Part shown: one piece after another, positions 48,501 through 63,700 of the stretch
Layout of the letters: every line of letters starts with the position of its first letter
How positions within the stretch are numbered: position 1 is the stretch's first letter
The notes under the pieces: model-generated
Told to the model about the DNA's origin: nothing
Database searches by the model: none
What the model saw: the letters and a program-made list of their open reading frames with translations, nothing else
Assembly: GCA_964247055.1 (NCBI GenBank)
Contig: OZ176059.1
Location: forward strand, 930,001-994,000
DNA length: 64,000 nt
Direction of reading: 5' to 3'
Origin: Paragordius varius
Lineage: Eukaryota; Animalia; Nematomorpha
Program-made: the position numbers and the translations under genes

Positions 48501-51462
48501 TTTTGTTGATAAATGCCTATATGTAACTTGGAATTTTTTTTTCGGGTTGATATTAAATATAAATATTAGTAAGATTTATTTATACCTAGGAATTGGGTCT
48601 TTTAGGGCGATAAAAATTATCAAAAATGATCAATTTTTCTATGTAACAACAACTATATTACATTATCTGCTGTGAAACTTTTTTAAGCACAGAATTAATT
48701 TTGAATTTTTATAAATTGTAATGAATAAAAAAATTTGATCTTAAAAGTATTGGTTAATATATATATACATATATATATATATATAATATATTTGATAACT
48801 CTACTAGACTTATAAACTTTTAACATTTTTATTGTTTAAAGATTATTAAAATCATGTAGCTAATTAGTAATAATAATTACTTGGATAGAATGTGATAAGG
48901 AATGATGTGTCATTGTAATTGGTCGGGACCCCAAAAAAAAATTTTACGTAACTTTTTTCCAATACATTTTTTTTACATTTTTTAGATATGAATAAATTTA
49001 TAAAAATAAAAATGATTGTAACAAAATAGAAATACCAATTAAATATAAAGAGGATAGAAAATGAAAATAGATAATTGAGATAGAGATAGCGATATTAGAG
49101 TATTAAAAATATATAAATACAATAAATAATTTACAATAGTAAAGGTTAAATGCCCATCGCTGTTTGTAAAATAATTATAATAGTAATAGAATCAAAATTT
49201 TACAATAATAGTCTACCAATCATTTCTATTTTATATACTATAAGTTTGTGTAAAAATAGCGAAATAACAATAGTGTTGAGATTTATAGTATTAGTAGATA
49301 ATTTAAAAATATATATATATATATAATAAACATTAATTCTAAAACCAAACAGTGGTATTGATTATTTAGAACGCATTCTCATATTTTTATTTATATATCA
49401 GTCATAACGGTCTTTTTTGTCGTTGATTTTTCAATTTTTTCTGTTTTGTTAGTTTACTCGTCTCCTTATATAAAATAATATATTTTGATTAAAAAGAAAA
49501 AAAATACCCTTAAAGTATAAAAAAGTTACAGCTGACCAAATATTTATTTAAGCGCATTTTAACGCGTATTTTTATCATTGGTTTGTGGCGATATTTGTAT
49601 TTTAAGTAAAACAGCCATATTATTGGTTGTATAGATTTTTTAACATATTTATTAACACTTTGTTTTAAATTAGGGTCCAGACTTTATATTAATTGATATT
49701 ATTAAAAACTACTGAATGAAAAGGTCCCAATTTAAATTTATGCCTCTATCTTAATGAAATTATAATATAGAAATATCGAAACAAGATTTATCCACATCAA
49801 TCTATTTCGACGCCATTTTTTTTTCATTTTTTCAAAATATCGTGTTTATTTAATTTTACTAATATATTATTTAAATTACATCTAATATTGATAGAAACAG
49901 AAAAAGTGGTGTTTATTTTGTATTAATTTTATATTCTGCCATGCCATGTCATGTTGACTAATTTACCTTTGGTTTTCTCTTAAAATAACTAATATCAAGT
50001 ATTTTTGAATAAATGTTTTATTTCTGTTCATTAATGTTACATCAGTGCAAACTGTTGCCACGGTTTTAATTGTTTCCATATTTTTTGAAGTAATTGATTT
50101 AACACAGGCCTGGGGTATCCAAAGACCCCAATTTGAATTAAAGGACCGAAATGAATATGATCTATCAAAGTGCAAATAGGGGAAAGAATAAAATAAACAC
50201 ATAGAGTAATTATACATTGCTAGTTTTTCATTCATTATGTCAGACGTAACAATAAAGGGCAATATATTATTATTTTTTAGTTTTTTAAGTTTGTTACTAC
50301 TATTGGCCAATACTATTGTTTCTCGCTGAATAACCTTTCAAGCAATATTTGAAAAGTAACAAGGTATATTTTACCTATACTGTGTTTATTATCACCACAT
50401 ACATTCAAAAGTATTTCTTAGGTTGCAGTAAAAATTATAGAGAGAAAAAAGTCAAAGCTAGATATTAAACTATTATTCCATTTTCGGATATTATTATATA
50501 ATTATAAGTGTCAACATTTTCCCTTACTTTTTATTTTGCGCCTAACATCATAATGAATCAAGGTTCAAAAAGTATGGTGTTTTTTTAAAAAGCATGTTTA
50601 TCTTTTATTTTTAACATTTTGTCTGTATATGTCTGTTTACTGCGTATTGTTAGAATCAAAGCAGTAACCGCTCTCATAATCTAAAGTTTTGTGACAAGGG
50701 CAATTCGTTTGGCTTTCGATTTTTCAATAATCTAAAATCACATGTATTTTAGTTGGTATATTGAGTTAGCTTTATCTAAGTTGTGTGTTATAAAAATGTA
50801 GAATGGTTTCTCTAAAGCAATTTTCGGTAAAAAGATAGGTCCATTTTTCAATTTCAAGATCGAACCTTTATTTTAAATTTAAGCATGTGCAGTCCCATTC
50901 CTTGCAGATAAGCTTTTTGGAAAATCGTGATAAATCCTGTTAATGAAGTAGTATAAAATACACATTCAATTTTATAGATATATAAAATTGCCCTGATTAC
51001 AGCGATTTCCTAATTAAAATTGTCTCTGTGTTCAATCTGTCCCTTGTTAAAATAGGAGGTCTCATTAAACAAGCTACATAAAAATTTCTTTTAAACTAAA
51101 CAAATAAATTTACTATATTTAGTGGGTTGAGTCCCACCAGTGTATATAATATAAAATTTATAAAATATCGCCTCAAAACGTGTTATTAGTATTCATGAGG
51201 CCATATACATATCAGTATTATCAAAATAATTGGCAGTAAATAAAGTTTTTATCAATTGTCTATGGTTATTTTGATTATGTTTAAATTTTTTAAATAATTC
51301 TTTATTTCTCTAAACTTAATATACATTTCAATCAGAGGTGCCCAATTTTAATAAGAAATATTAGCATATTGTTGTAAATAATGAAATACCGAATTTTTAG
51401 CGGGCCGCGTAAATTTCCCTTAATATTTAATAATATTACATTTTAAGATTCCGGAGTCTGAA

Positions 51463-51493
<31 letters not shown>

Positions 51494-54400
51494 TACATAT
51501 CTATATATAATACTTAGAATGTAAAATCGGCCAATTTTATGAAAAATCGGTAGGCCCAATCATATTTTAAAAGTAGAAATTTATAGGTTTTTATAAATGT
51601 TCAGAATATATTCGGACCACTTTTTTATATTGGCTCTTTGATTGATCCCCGTTCCGTGTGAAAATAGGGGTTTTAAAAGGAAAAGTTTCCGAAATATACA
51701 ATTGGCCCACTTTTTTGAATTAACCCCCCGTAGCCGCTTTCTCCGCTAAATGAATTTTTTCTAAAAAAAATTTTTCAACGAAGCGAATTCTGGTCCAAGT
51801 TTAAAAACTATATAAAATCAATTTTGAATACTCTCAGTAAAAAGGAAAAATAACCATATTTTAATTGCCCGCTTGGGGCTGAAACCTCTATGAAATGTGA
51901 TGACAACCTACGATTTGTCATAATACTAAAAGATTGCGGGACTAAAATATGATTATGAAACATTAGATATATAAAGGATTTTTTACAGGTTTGTAAGTTC
52001 TAAAAATATCGACCTAGGACTCGAATTTACATAAAAAACACCTTACTATAAATGAAACAAAAATTAGCTGTAAAAATGTATTCAAAAGCAGTTATTTATA
52101 AAACAAAAAAATTTTGGGCTCTTAAAGTTTGAGATAAGATTTTTGAATTTTTGATTTTTTGCCATAATGCGCTAAAAAGTCTTAAACTTCGTTTTTTAAT
52201 CTTATAAACGTCTAATTACAACTCATTTTGTATTTAATATCGTAATTGGGTAGATATCTCCCCAAATAACTCTTTATACCTTTAGGGTAATTTTATATAC
52301 CAGAGCGATAAAATAAAATGTAAAAAGTATTAAAGCTATTACGACAGTCAGAAAATTAAGCTTTCTTTAGCTAATTGCACGCACCCTTTGTCTTCAAAAA
52401 ATGGAAAATGGTATTTTTTAAAAAGCGCTAATAGAACAGTGATGGTTATGATTAATGAATGGAATTAATTAAAAATCTATCGAATTGCATTTTGCAAATT
52501 CCTAATAATTATTAATTTTAAAATAAGATATCCAGGTATCCAGAAAAGGGTGTGACAGGCTTGCTCCTTACCGTCACTGTGTAAGATATTTGATTCAATT
52601 ATGTAAAATAACCCAATTACACAATCAAATAAATAAGCTGATGAAATACATATTGATATATATATATATATATTCTGATAAAAAAATTATCAGGTTTATC
52701 ATGGTACTTTGGTGTTGGCCCTTACGAGTGATTTAAGAAAGTTGTGGTCCCTTTTGTTATAAGTGCTAAAATCAAAAAATGACAAAATATAAGCACATTT
52801 GTAATAATTTTTTTTGTTAATACTTAGGCTGCATCGCAAGAATATCACTAGAATATATTACAAACTAAAATATAAACGCAAGACAATAATTTCAAAAAGC
52901 TTTAATTTGTAGATGTGGGCTAGTACCAAATTTTTTTGCTCTAAAATGAGTTAGCTCTCTTAAAATAAATTCAAAAAAACCGGAATTACGCGATAAAAAT
53001 TTTAAATATCAGCTAAAATTTTTTAAAAATGCATAGTTAAAAAATTAATTTTTAGCATTTTGTTAAAGCGTACTTCATATAATTTTATGTCATGAAAGAA
53101 ACGGAAGAACGTATTAAAATATCATTAAAATTCGATGATAAGGAACTTTTCTATTGCTTCAAAAGCATGATTAAAATATTCGTTCGTTTTGAAATTTATG
53201 TTTAATCATATTGTGTTTTTCATAAACATTTACCAAAATTTTTGAGCAAACAAACCTTTAACCTAGAACTCCAATGCGATAAAAATGTTTATAATCATCT
53301 AATATAAAAAAGTGTTAAAATGCTATTTTAAAATTTCTTAAACCGTTTTTATTATGAGACATATGAGCAAAATTTTTAAAAAGTATTTTTATGGATATCT
53401 AAATTTAGCCTATATTTAAAATATTTCATGCGCTATCGCAGTTTTGGGTTTATAAGAGAACTAGCCCATTTTAGGGGAGCGTAAAAATTTGCCACTTTCG
53501 GAGGTCACACCTTAAAATTAATTTTTTATCACTTCTATTCAATTTGAGATATCTAAATACCCCAAACTAAATTTAAGTTGAAATTTTAAAAAACTATTGA
53601 AAAAACGGTCCCAATTTAAATTTATGCTTCTGTTATAATAAAAATTATATAAATAAGCCAAAATATCTGAATAAAATTTGGTTTTAAAAAAAGTTCCATA
53701 TCATTATCGCCATTTTTATATTACAACATTTTTGCAATATATCGTGTTTATTCGATTTTTTAGCTAAAATGAGAACTAATTTTTTATTTCAGCACATCTA
53801 ACATTGATAGAGACAGAAAAAGTGGTTTTTATATTTAGCTAATGTAGATATGTCAGGTTAACTAAATTTTTACCTTGTAGTTATACCTATAAATAAGTCA
53901 TATCAAGTATACAATGAAATTTTTTATATATTTTGGTTCATTAATGTTATAAATGTGCAAATTTTTGCCATGGTTATTCACTCCACATTTTTTGAATTTA
54001 AAACAACCTGGGGTGTCCAACTACCCCAAATTGAGTCAAAGGACTAAAATGAATGTCTTGTATCCAAGTGTTAATATCGATTTGCTTTTTATATATTTTT
54101 CATAATGTGGTATTTTTCGGAATAAAGCCTTTCGATTTCACCAAAATATGCGCAATTAGCCATTTTCTGATATGACGGACTTGCCACAAAAGTTAACTTT
54201 CTTTATCTCTCGTGGGTCAAAACCAAAAACTACATGATAATCTTGATACATTAAGGTATATATATCATAAGGAAATTTTTATACCCCCCGATTTTTGATG
54301 CAGTGTTAGGAACGTTAGAAGTTAAATAAAGCAAAAAAGGGCTTTTATATAATACAAAAGAACTAATTAAATATAAACCAAAGCAACTTTAAAAACAGTA

Positions 54401-54756
54401 TAATTAAAGATTGAGCTCTGTGATATAAAACTTTTTAAAAATGTAATTTAAAAGGAAAAAATTTAATGAAGTAATAATAGAAAATGTGTGCGGAGGCGAT
54501 CTCCTTATCTCATGATAAAAAAGTTTTGTATAACATCCCATTTTTTTGTTTTTTACTTAACACAATTTATATTATTTTCCAAAGATTTGGCTTTTTAACA
54601 GTTTTCCAAACATTGCGGTATAAAACCGCCACCGCAAGCAGCATGAAATTACATATTCAGACACATTTCAATAATCGGTTATTGGTAGAATCTTTCCGCA
54701 TATGGAACAAGTTATATAACCAAGGTATATATTGATGGCTAAATTTTAAGATAAGT

Positions 54757-57700
54757 ATGGTTTTGAATTTTGCAAAAAGCGAGAACGAAATTCATTCATT
54801 TGAATGTCAATCTATTAGGAATTTTAATGAGGGTAACCTTACAACCATGAATTGTGATAATTATACCTTCGATGAAGATAAAACTAAGGCTATCAATGAT
54901 TCTCACGAGAATGCCCTCGTTAAATATATTGAAAATAACGACGAAGATTTGGATGATAGTTGTTTTAATGTTTTTTTGTCGGATCGTTTTCGAAACTTTT
55001 GCGGCATTTGTAATGAACCCTATAAAGATCCTCGTATATTATCGTGCTTGCATACATTTTGTTACGCTTGTATTACAAAAAACTTATCTACTGAATTTCT
55101 TGACGAGAATACTAAATCTGAAAAAAATATTGGAAACACAACAGATTATAACGAATACTCAATTAAATGTTTGATATGTTCCCACGTTACTGAAGTTATT
55201 AATTTATATATATTTTGTAAAATGTAATTGGAATAAAATTCTTTTACTATTAGTATATAATAATTTAACTAATTTTTTCTAGATTGAAAATATTTGTATT
55301 GTGATTCAATATTTTAATATGTTTCATGTCAGCTAGATAAAACATTTTTATTAAAAATGTATCTGCAAAATTTATAGATTCCAACTGATAAATTGATTAA
55401 CAATGTGATATCATACTCAGTTTTACCATTAAATTACATGTATTCGCATGACAAACACCATCAGAATACAACTAACGGTGATTGTGAAAATACTGCGACA
55501 GATAACAATAAACTTGTTGAGACATGTGGTGAAAAGAAGCATTTAACCGCAGTGTCAGCTCAAAACTTAGGTTTTTTTTTCAATAAAATGTCACCTTACA
55601 TTTATAAATATGTGTGTTATTTTACCTTTTATGCTGACATAATATGTATTTACATATTGTATTTTTTTCTTGCCAAATATATAATTTTTGGGTTGGGTTT
55701 GACCGCTTATTAATGCATTCATTATTGATATGCACTCTCTTGAAACAAAAAGCAAAAATATATAATATCAAATTTTCGCATTTATTATTAGATAAATTTA
55801 GTAAAAATAATAGTGATCAATTTCATTGGTTACAACACATAATAGAGTTTAGGGTTGATTGGCTCTGTAATAAATGAGTATATTAGCAATCAGATATACG
55901 GGTTATTATTACAGTAAGAATAATAAATGTTTATCACGAAAAAAAAACAAATGAAAAATCCAAAGAAAAAAATGGCACACGGTTAAAAAATATGTTGAAT
56001 TTGTAATTACAGATACAACAGAAAGGATTCATCAACGGTCCTTATATGCTGTATTTTAGATATTTTTTTAACCATGCTAATCATTTTTTTCATTTGGATG
56101 TTCATTTATTTTTTTTTCGTGATAATCATTTATTAGTCTTACTGTGTACCATTTTTCACTTAAAACCAACATTATATAATTGTCTTTGGTTGAAAAAAAT
56201 GTTGTTTTCGACCTAAAAAATGGTATGTTTAAACCACTCAAAAATAATTTAAATACATATGATGATGTGAATAATATCAAATTCACTTTTAACCCCTATT
56301 TGTAAAAAATATTTATCTTGTATGGTTTTTCTTCAAATTTTAGAAAATGATAACAACAATGCAATATGTACTTCAACAAATGCCGAAACCTCAACTGCCA
56401 CACAATGTGTTAATTTACAAAAAAACTTTGAAAATTCTCAATTGCATTACAAAAACCATAATCCCATTATTGGTAAATTTAATTAGTTCTATTTTTGGCA
56501 TCGCAACTTAAATTAATTTGTATGGGTTTTATTTTATCAAACACATGTAGACTAGAGTTATTTCAATAAATATTTGTAATATCTTGTTTTCTATCATCAA
56601 AATGAATTAATACATATATGATGGGCTCAAAACATAATATTTGAACATTTTATAAAAGTATATTCTATAATATATTCGTAAAATTATGTTGTAAATATAT
56701 TATCAAATACTAACTGGATATTAATATTTTAATTTCCACCCAAGTACGTTAATAATAAGAATTGCGGGTTACATAATTTATTAACTTGATAATTTTAAAA
56801 TATATCATTTAAATCATGTGTTTAAATTGGTTTCAATTTTTTCCCAGTTTGTTTTACATATAAATTGATAATATATTTATATTTTTATTGGGGGTATTTA
56901 GAACCTCAAAATCAAACAAAAAATGAATGCTGTGATACTATGAAAGAAACAAATTGTCCCCATCATACTGATCAAAATATAACTCATTGGTGTAACACAT
57001 GTGAGGTATTGTAACATTTACCTAATATTTATTTTTACTAGTAAATTATATATATATCATTCATTATATTTTATTTTATATTTTGTCTTTGGGATTAACT
57101 TTTAAATTAGGGGGGTGTTCAACACTAATGACTTTGCTGGTCACATTTACAAAATATACCATTTGCACTTTAAGAGTGTCCTTGAACACTTCAAGTTGGT
57201 CCTTAAAAATTTCAAGTTGGTCCTTAAACACTTTAAGTTGGTCCTTTGACTTTTTTGTTTGGTTTTTACTTTTTTTTATCAATCAAATCGTATATCATTC
57301 ATCGATTTTATCATTTTAACCCATTTTTCATAATATTACATAATTTTTAATCAATATTAACTGTTAATTGTATATTTTCATTAATTTTTCAAAAATATAT
57401 TTAGATATATATAAGATTTTAACACGTAATTAAAATAATTTTGTTGCAAAATTAGTTTGAAACAAAAAAGAGGTTTTTCAATAAATTTTGAATGAATAAA
57501 TGTAAAATAAATAAGGAAAATTAGAGTAAAAAAATAAATGCAAAATTTATGGTATTAAAATTTAAAAATTTTAAGGATCAACTTGAATTGTTCACCCAAC
57601 TTAAAATGTTTAAGGACCAATTTGTAATGTTCAAGGACTAACCTGAAATTTTTAAGGACCAACTTGAAGTGTTCAAGGACCAACTTGAAATGTTAAAGGA

Positions 57701-60700
57701 CACTCTTGAAGATAGGTATATATGGCCATTAACAATTACCTGATTTTCAACGTAAGACTTACCTATTTATTTTAACGATTTTGTCTACTTCATTGCCAAA
57801 AAAATTTTAGAATAAATTTAATGAGAAATTTTGTTTCACATAAGCAATTTTTAAACTAAGTAATTTTTTGCGGACTGCGTGTTGGATATCCTGTTGTAAA
57901 TGTTTTATAACAAAAAATGATGGTGTTTTATGTTATTACAGTGTGCATATTAGTGGTTGCTTATTATACACTATAATAGTTGGGCAATTTGTAGCACAGT
58001 AGTGTATGGAAAAATAAAATTTTATTTGACATTTTGTTTAGTTTTTCCCATACACTCCTGTGTTGCAAATTACCCAACTATTATAGTGTGAAATAAGCAA
58101 CCATTAAAATGCCTAATCTATAATAAATTTTATTTTTTAACATTATAAAAAGATTTCACTATGTACTTTGTGTTTAAACAAGACTACTCGTATGGCCGAT
58201 TCACCTACAATAACAACGCTCCCGAATAGTGATGCCGAAATTTGTGAAATAGGTTTGTATATTTTATTGAATATTTTATAATCATTTGATTTTCCCCCAA
58301 AATTAATAATTTAGACGTAGTTTTATATAAAAATAAAAACGGGTTTCTAATAATAAAAAAACTTTTAATATAATTTATTCATAACTTTTTCGTTTTTTGT
58401 GTCCTAGTTTACTTTTGGGTTAGTTTGATATCCCAGAGTTCATTTTTGTAATACCTCAGCACTTTACCTAACAAATTTAAACTTATATTAATGTTGAATA
58501 TATAAAATAAAATAAATGTTAACTATTTTAATGTTTAATAAATAAAATTAAAAATTACAAATTATGGTATAAACATTGTTTAAAATGATAAGTTTTAAAG
58601 TTGTTAAATATGATTGGAAAAAGGATGAATTCGGTTGGAAAAGTCAATATTTTCCTCTTTGATGTAGTTTTGTATACCACACCGATTTGAAATATAAATA
58701 TCTCAAAAAAGTTTGAGATGGGGACTTAAAATTTTCATTTTTAAATAATGTGCCTAAAAGGCTTAAGAGATAACATATTTTTAAGTTTGGCTTAATATCT
58801 TAAATACTTTTTTGATATATATATATATATATATATCAAATCACTCTGGGATAAAATTTACCCCAGAATGTAATGGAGTGCTAAAAAATAAAATTAAATA
58901 AACTTTAACAATATTTTCAACGAGAACGAATATATTTATGTAATAATAATTAAAAACTCTTGTAAAAATTATTTGAAACTACACTGTTTGCAAAATACTT
59001 TACACATGCATGGTAGTATCTTTTTCAACTGTAAATTTTGAATATAGTTTAGTTTTAAATAAATTTTACTGGAATTATATCTCTATATTTGTTTTGTTTT
59101 TGCTTTTATACTGCAAATCGAAATTTAGATTCTAAAAGCCCCATGGAAACTCAACCAATTGGTAATAACATCTTACAAAATTTGGCACACAAAGATCATG
59201 ATGTAGTATCATACGAATTATCGCCACTTTATAAAACCAATTCCAATCCTAATACTTTAAATGATGTTGATGATAATATAATTGATAACTGTGATAAAAA
59301 TATTACCCAACCTAAATTAACCGAAAAATTTGAAATTAGCCATATTGTGAGTATGAGAGACATCGCAACAAATAAAGTTTATTTTTACGCCATTTTTATT
59401 CATAATTGAGTTTTATTGTCCTTAGTATGCGGATGGTAAAAACAAAGTTTTTTGCCTATTATTTAAACCAGGAGTGCCTGTCGAACACGAGATCCACGAA
59501 AGATTTGGAGCATAGTTTGCAAAAATATGCAACATTAATTTGTAGTTACATTGATAATTACCAAATAATTTTTTAAATAAGTCTTATCCCATTGGCAAAA
59601 GCTAGAAGAAAAAATTTGTTATACTATGTTTGAAATCTAATAAATTATATATGAATCCCCATATATATTTTTATTTCATTGCGGCCCGCGAAGCTTATTG
59701 TTTTGGGCATCCCTGATTTAAACAATTTATAAAATTAGGATTTTCTATTTTTTTAAAAAAAATATTAGTTTATTTGGCAAAATTATTTATATCTAATTAA
59801 ATTATTAAATTAATATATAGATGCAACATTTGGATACTAAAATTATACCAATGTGTGAAAATAATTTACTTGGTGTCGATACCCAATACGCTGAGTATAA
59901 GAAATGTGTTACGGATTGGAAGAATAATCTACATTCCTTCATTGATTGGTAATATAAATAGCATTTTTAAAAATGTTTCATTTTTTACAACCTTTTTTGA
60001 AATGTTTTGGGGTGATTTATAATATTTAAAATAAGTTTTAAAAAATTGTGTTTATATATATATATATAATGGATTGATTATAATTTTTTCTGTTAATTAT
60101 CCCATAGATAAATAAATTTAAACATTATTTATAATTTTCCAATAAAATGAAAGTCAATTTTAAGAAATGTAATTTATTCATTTTATCACAAAAATTTACC
60201 GTAATAATATTAACACACCTTACATTATTGTAATCATTGGGGAGAGGTTTGGGGTTATATATTGAAATTTAATAAACTTGAACCGGTATTTTTTAAAATA
60301 AACGGTATTATATACAATGTTTTTAGCTATAATATTTTTTATTCATATAATTAAATATAGTAAATGTGATTTTGTCACTTGATATCTGGCTAATTACTTA
60401 ATTTTAACACTCTAAAGTTATATGCTTTTTATTAAGTGCCATATTATATTATCCATTTTTAATATATAAATTGGGTCCTTATATCATCCAATAAAAAATC
60501 AAAATTTAATTATGTTTAAAAAATGATTTTAAACCTACAAAAGTTAATTTTAATAACACATTGGAAACCACTTCCAAATTTTTTTGGATCGTTATCGAAT
60601 AATAATTTGGCTGTAAGTTTTATTATTTTATTAATTTTAACCATTTATATAGTTATTTTAATGGTTTGTTTGAGCAACTTTCTTACCAACATGAAACACA

Positions 60701-63700
60701 GGAGCTTAATATAATGGATTTGATACACAACATGAAAAAATTAGTGGAATGCTTTGAGGATAGGTAAGTTTTTTTTATATATTTTGAAATAACGTTCATT
60801 TAATATAATGTATGTAGTTTATTTTGAAAATCATTTTTTATGTCGAATCAATAGGGGAAATTCTAAAATTAATACTCATATACTTGACAGTGTTTGTGAC
60901 TCACAATTTTCACATCACTCATTCAATTTCTTTGAGCTAATTCAAATTTTTAATAGTGTTTATCAATCAGTATATTTTTTAAACTGTCATTTTTGGTTTT
61001 TTACAGTTTGAAATTTGTGAACGAAATTATTGAATCGACGACTAGTTTGCCCAATCAAATTGAAACGATTAGTCCAATCATAATTAATCGTCTGCGTTAT
61101 CTTTGTTCGCAATCAGACGATATGAATAATACATCTTTGTCTATGAATAAATTGGATTGTTTAAATGGAAAAAATAATAAGTATAAAGATGTTATAAATA
61201 TGAATGTCTTCAAAGATTTTAATGGATCATTTAAAAATCTATCTACTAATCATTTTACCCAAATTTTGGATTCTTACTATAAAATTTCCGTTTCTGATAT
61301 TCCTGTCACAATTACTAAAGATAAACTAACGGGCATTATAGAAAATTTTACATATGCTCACAACTCACAATGTGATTCTAGTAAATCTCAACTATTTAAA
61401 TACGATGATTTACTGAATGCTAATAATCTAGCTGCCAGTAACGCAAATATATCATCTTTTGATTATTCTAATAACGCCACTTTTAATAAACCTCCTTGTC
61501 AAAGTATTATTACAACTAATATTTACAACTCAACATCTACCTCCTTACTTAGCAATACTATTTATACAACTACCAATTCTGTATTTACACATGAATTATA
61601 TACTCTTTCTCATATCTCCGAAACTAAAAAATACAACAATGATAACTTTAAAGATGATTTTTATTTATCGTACACTTTAGATAGCAATGAATGCCCCAAG
61701 GATGTTATTAAAGGTCAATCAGGTTTTTATATATAATTATTTTTTATATTTGCTTTTTACATCATCTTTTATGGTAACCGATAATTTTTATGCAATCTTA
61801 CCTGCGCTATTATTGCAAAGTAGCTGGATAATAAATAATCATTTCAATAATCTTTACAGTATTAATTATTTGAGTGTTATTTTTTTAAACGCTATTCTTG
61901 TTTAAATTTTATATTTTACATAAATTTTAAAACTTTTATCCGCATCCAATAGGAGGAATAAAACAAAGCAGCAACAATGATAAAATTATAGAAACTTCAT
62001 CAATTAATTTGAATAATGATAATAATAAACCGAGTATATCTCCAAATAACGCATCCACACAAGTTGTCGTTGAACAAGTCCAACACCAAAGTATTGGAGA
62101 GGGCCATCAATTTGCTGATGTGGAAAATACTGTTAATACCATCAATACCAACATTGATTCCATATTTTTAAATCATGACATTTATAATGGTGAAAAAGAG
62201 AATAAAGGCATGAAAGCGGATGCAAATATAGATAATGGTGATGATAGTAATCACACTACTACCATAACCGATGATTTATTTAAAAAATTTATTACAATGG
62301 CAAAAAGCAATAATGCAAGTACCAATATGAGTACCGATGATGTCGGTTCAATCGATACTCCGTCCATGGATATCATGGGTATTTATATTTCAAAGAATCT
62401 TTACCCATTTTTGAATATATTAGGGACAAATTTATGATAAATACTATACATTCAATATATATACATTTTCTTAATTTTAACACATTTTGCCATAAAAATC
62501 CTTTTCCTTAATAATAGGTGTGTCTTTTGTTTGTGGGAAAATGTTAAATTAAAAAAATGAATATACAACATATTCATCATGGTGCAATATTATTTGGTTA
62601 ATTATTTTTTAATATTTTTATGCTCAATTAAATGTTGTCTGTTTTGAAATATAAATAATTATTTTAATTGAATTATTTTTTTGGTTTCAATCATAGAGAA
62701 GGATACCTGTACTCTTAATGGTTTCCCCAAAGTTGAAAATGGATTAAATGATGAATTCGCTTCCCAATTGATGGATAATTATAATCAATTGTTGGATAAT
62801 CCGTTGGCACAAAAAATGGTAAATTATATTTCTTGTGCAATATTTTTTATACGATAAATACGACAAAATGTCTCCATCTTTGTTTTATAAGCAGAAGAAA
62901 TTAAGTTTTTATAAGAATGGAATTTGACTTTAAAATAATTTGGTATGCTTGGGTGTCTATGGTTGTTTTCCTTCCTTAAAAGCCAATTTTTGTTTCCCCC
63001 ACCCTTAAATAGTAAAGACCAATTTAAGGACATTTTTAACAATCGTTTATATATCCATCGTAACCGTCGAATATGTTGTTGACAAGTTAAATTTATAATA
63101 ATTGTATGAAAAAGGCTATTCAACCATTTTTAAACAGGGTAAAAAGTTTTCAAATAGAATAATATATGACTCTTGCATTGAATGTGTTTTACCTATAGAT
63201 TTTGCAATTACTTGCTGCATCCACCACCACGACAAAAAACAGTGATAATGATATCAATAACGAAACGCATAATAGCAAAGGTACAACCACCAATGTTGAT
63301 AATATGACGACGGAAAAATGTGAAAATCAGTTATTGCCCTATAATCAGGACATTTTTGGAAATAATGCAGCAACAATCCTTAATCCACGTTCAAATATGA
63401 ATGTATCTTCCTCTGCTAATATCGTTGAGAATGGTATGGATATAAATGGCATAAATAAAGTCAACACGTTGAATAGAAATTTGGAATATATAAATGATAA
63501 TAGTTGCGTCAATAATATGGATAGTAAACTCAAATATAATGATAATAATAATGATAACGAAAATACGATAAATGCTGACAAAGAAGTTAATTCCATTACA
63601 CCGATTGATGGATGCATTAATGCCAACAATTCGGCCATAGCTCAAATATATGCTAATTTATTGGCTGCTGGTGCAACGTTTCCTCAAATTAATAGTATGT

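Noticed and set aside
49963-50310. 115-aa ORF, and similar ORFs at 30873-31103, 42756-42971, 43025-43339
   Set aside because: They overlap MITE families E and F, and the apparent coding is a by-product of repeat sequence.
50860-51090. Minus-strand peptide MRPPILTRDRLNTETILIRKSL*SGQFYISIK faintly like a LINE ORF1 C-terminus
   Set aside because: It is short and stop-interrupted, and cannot be verified without a profile search.
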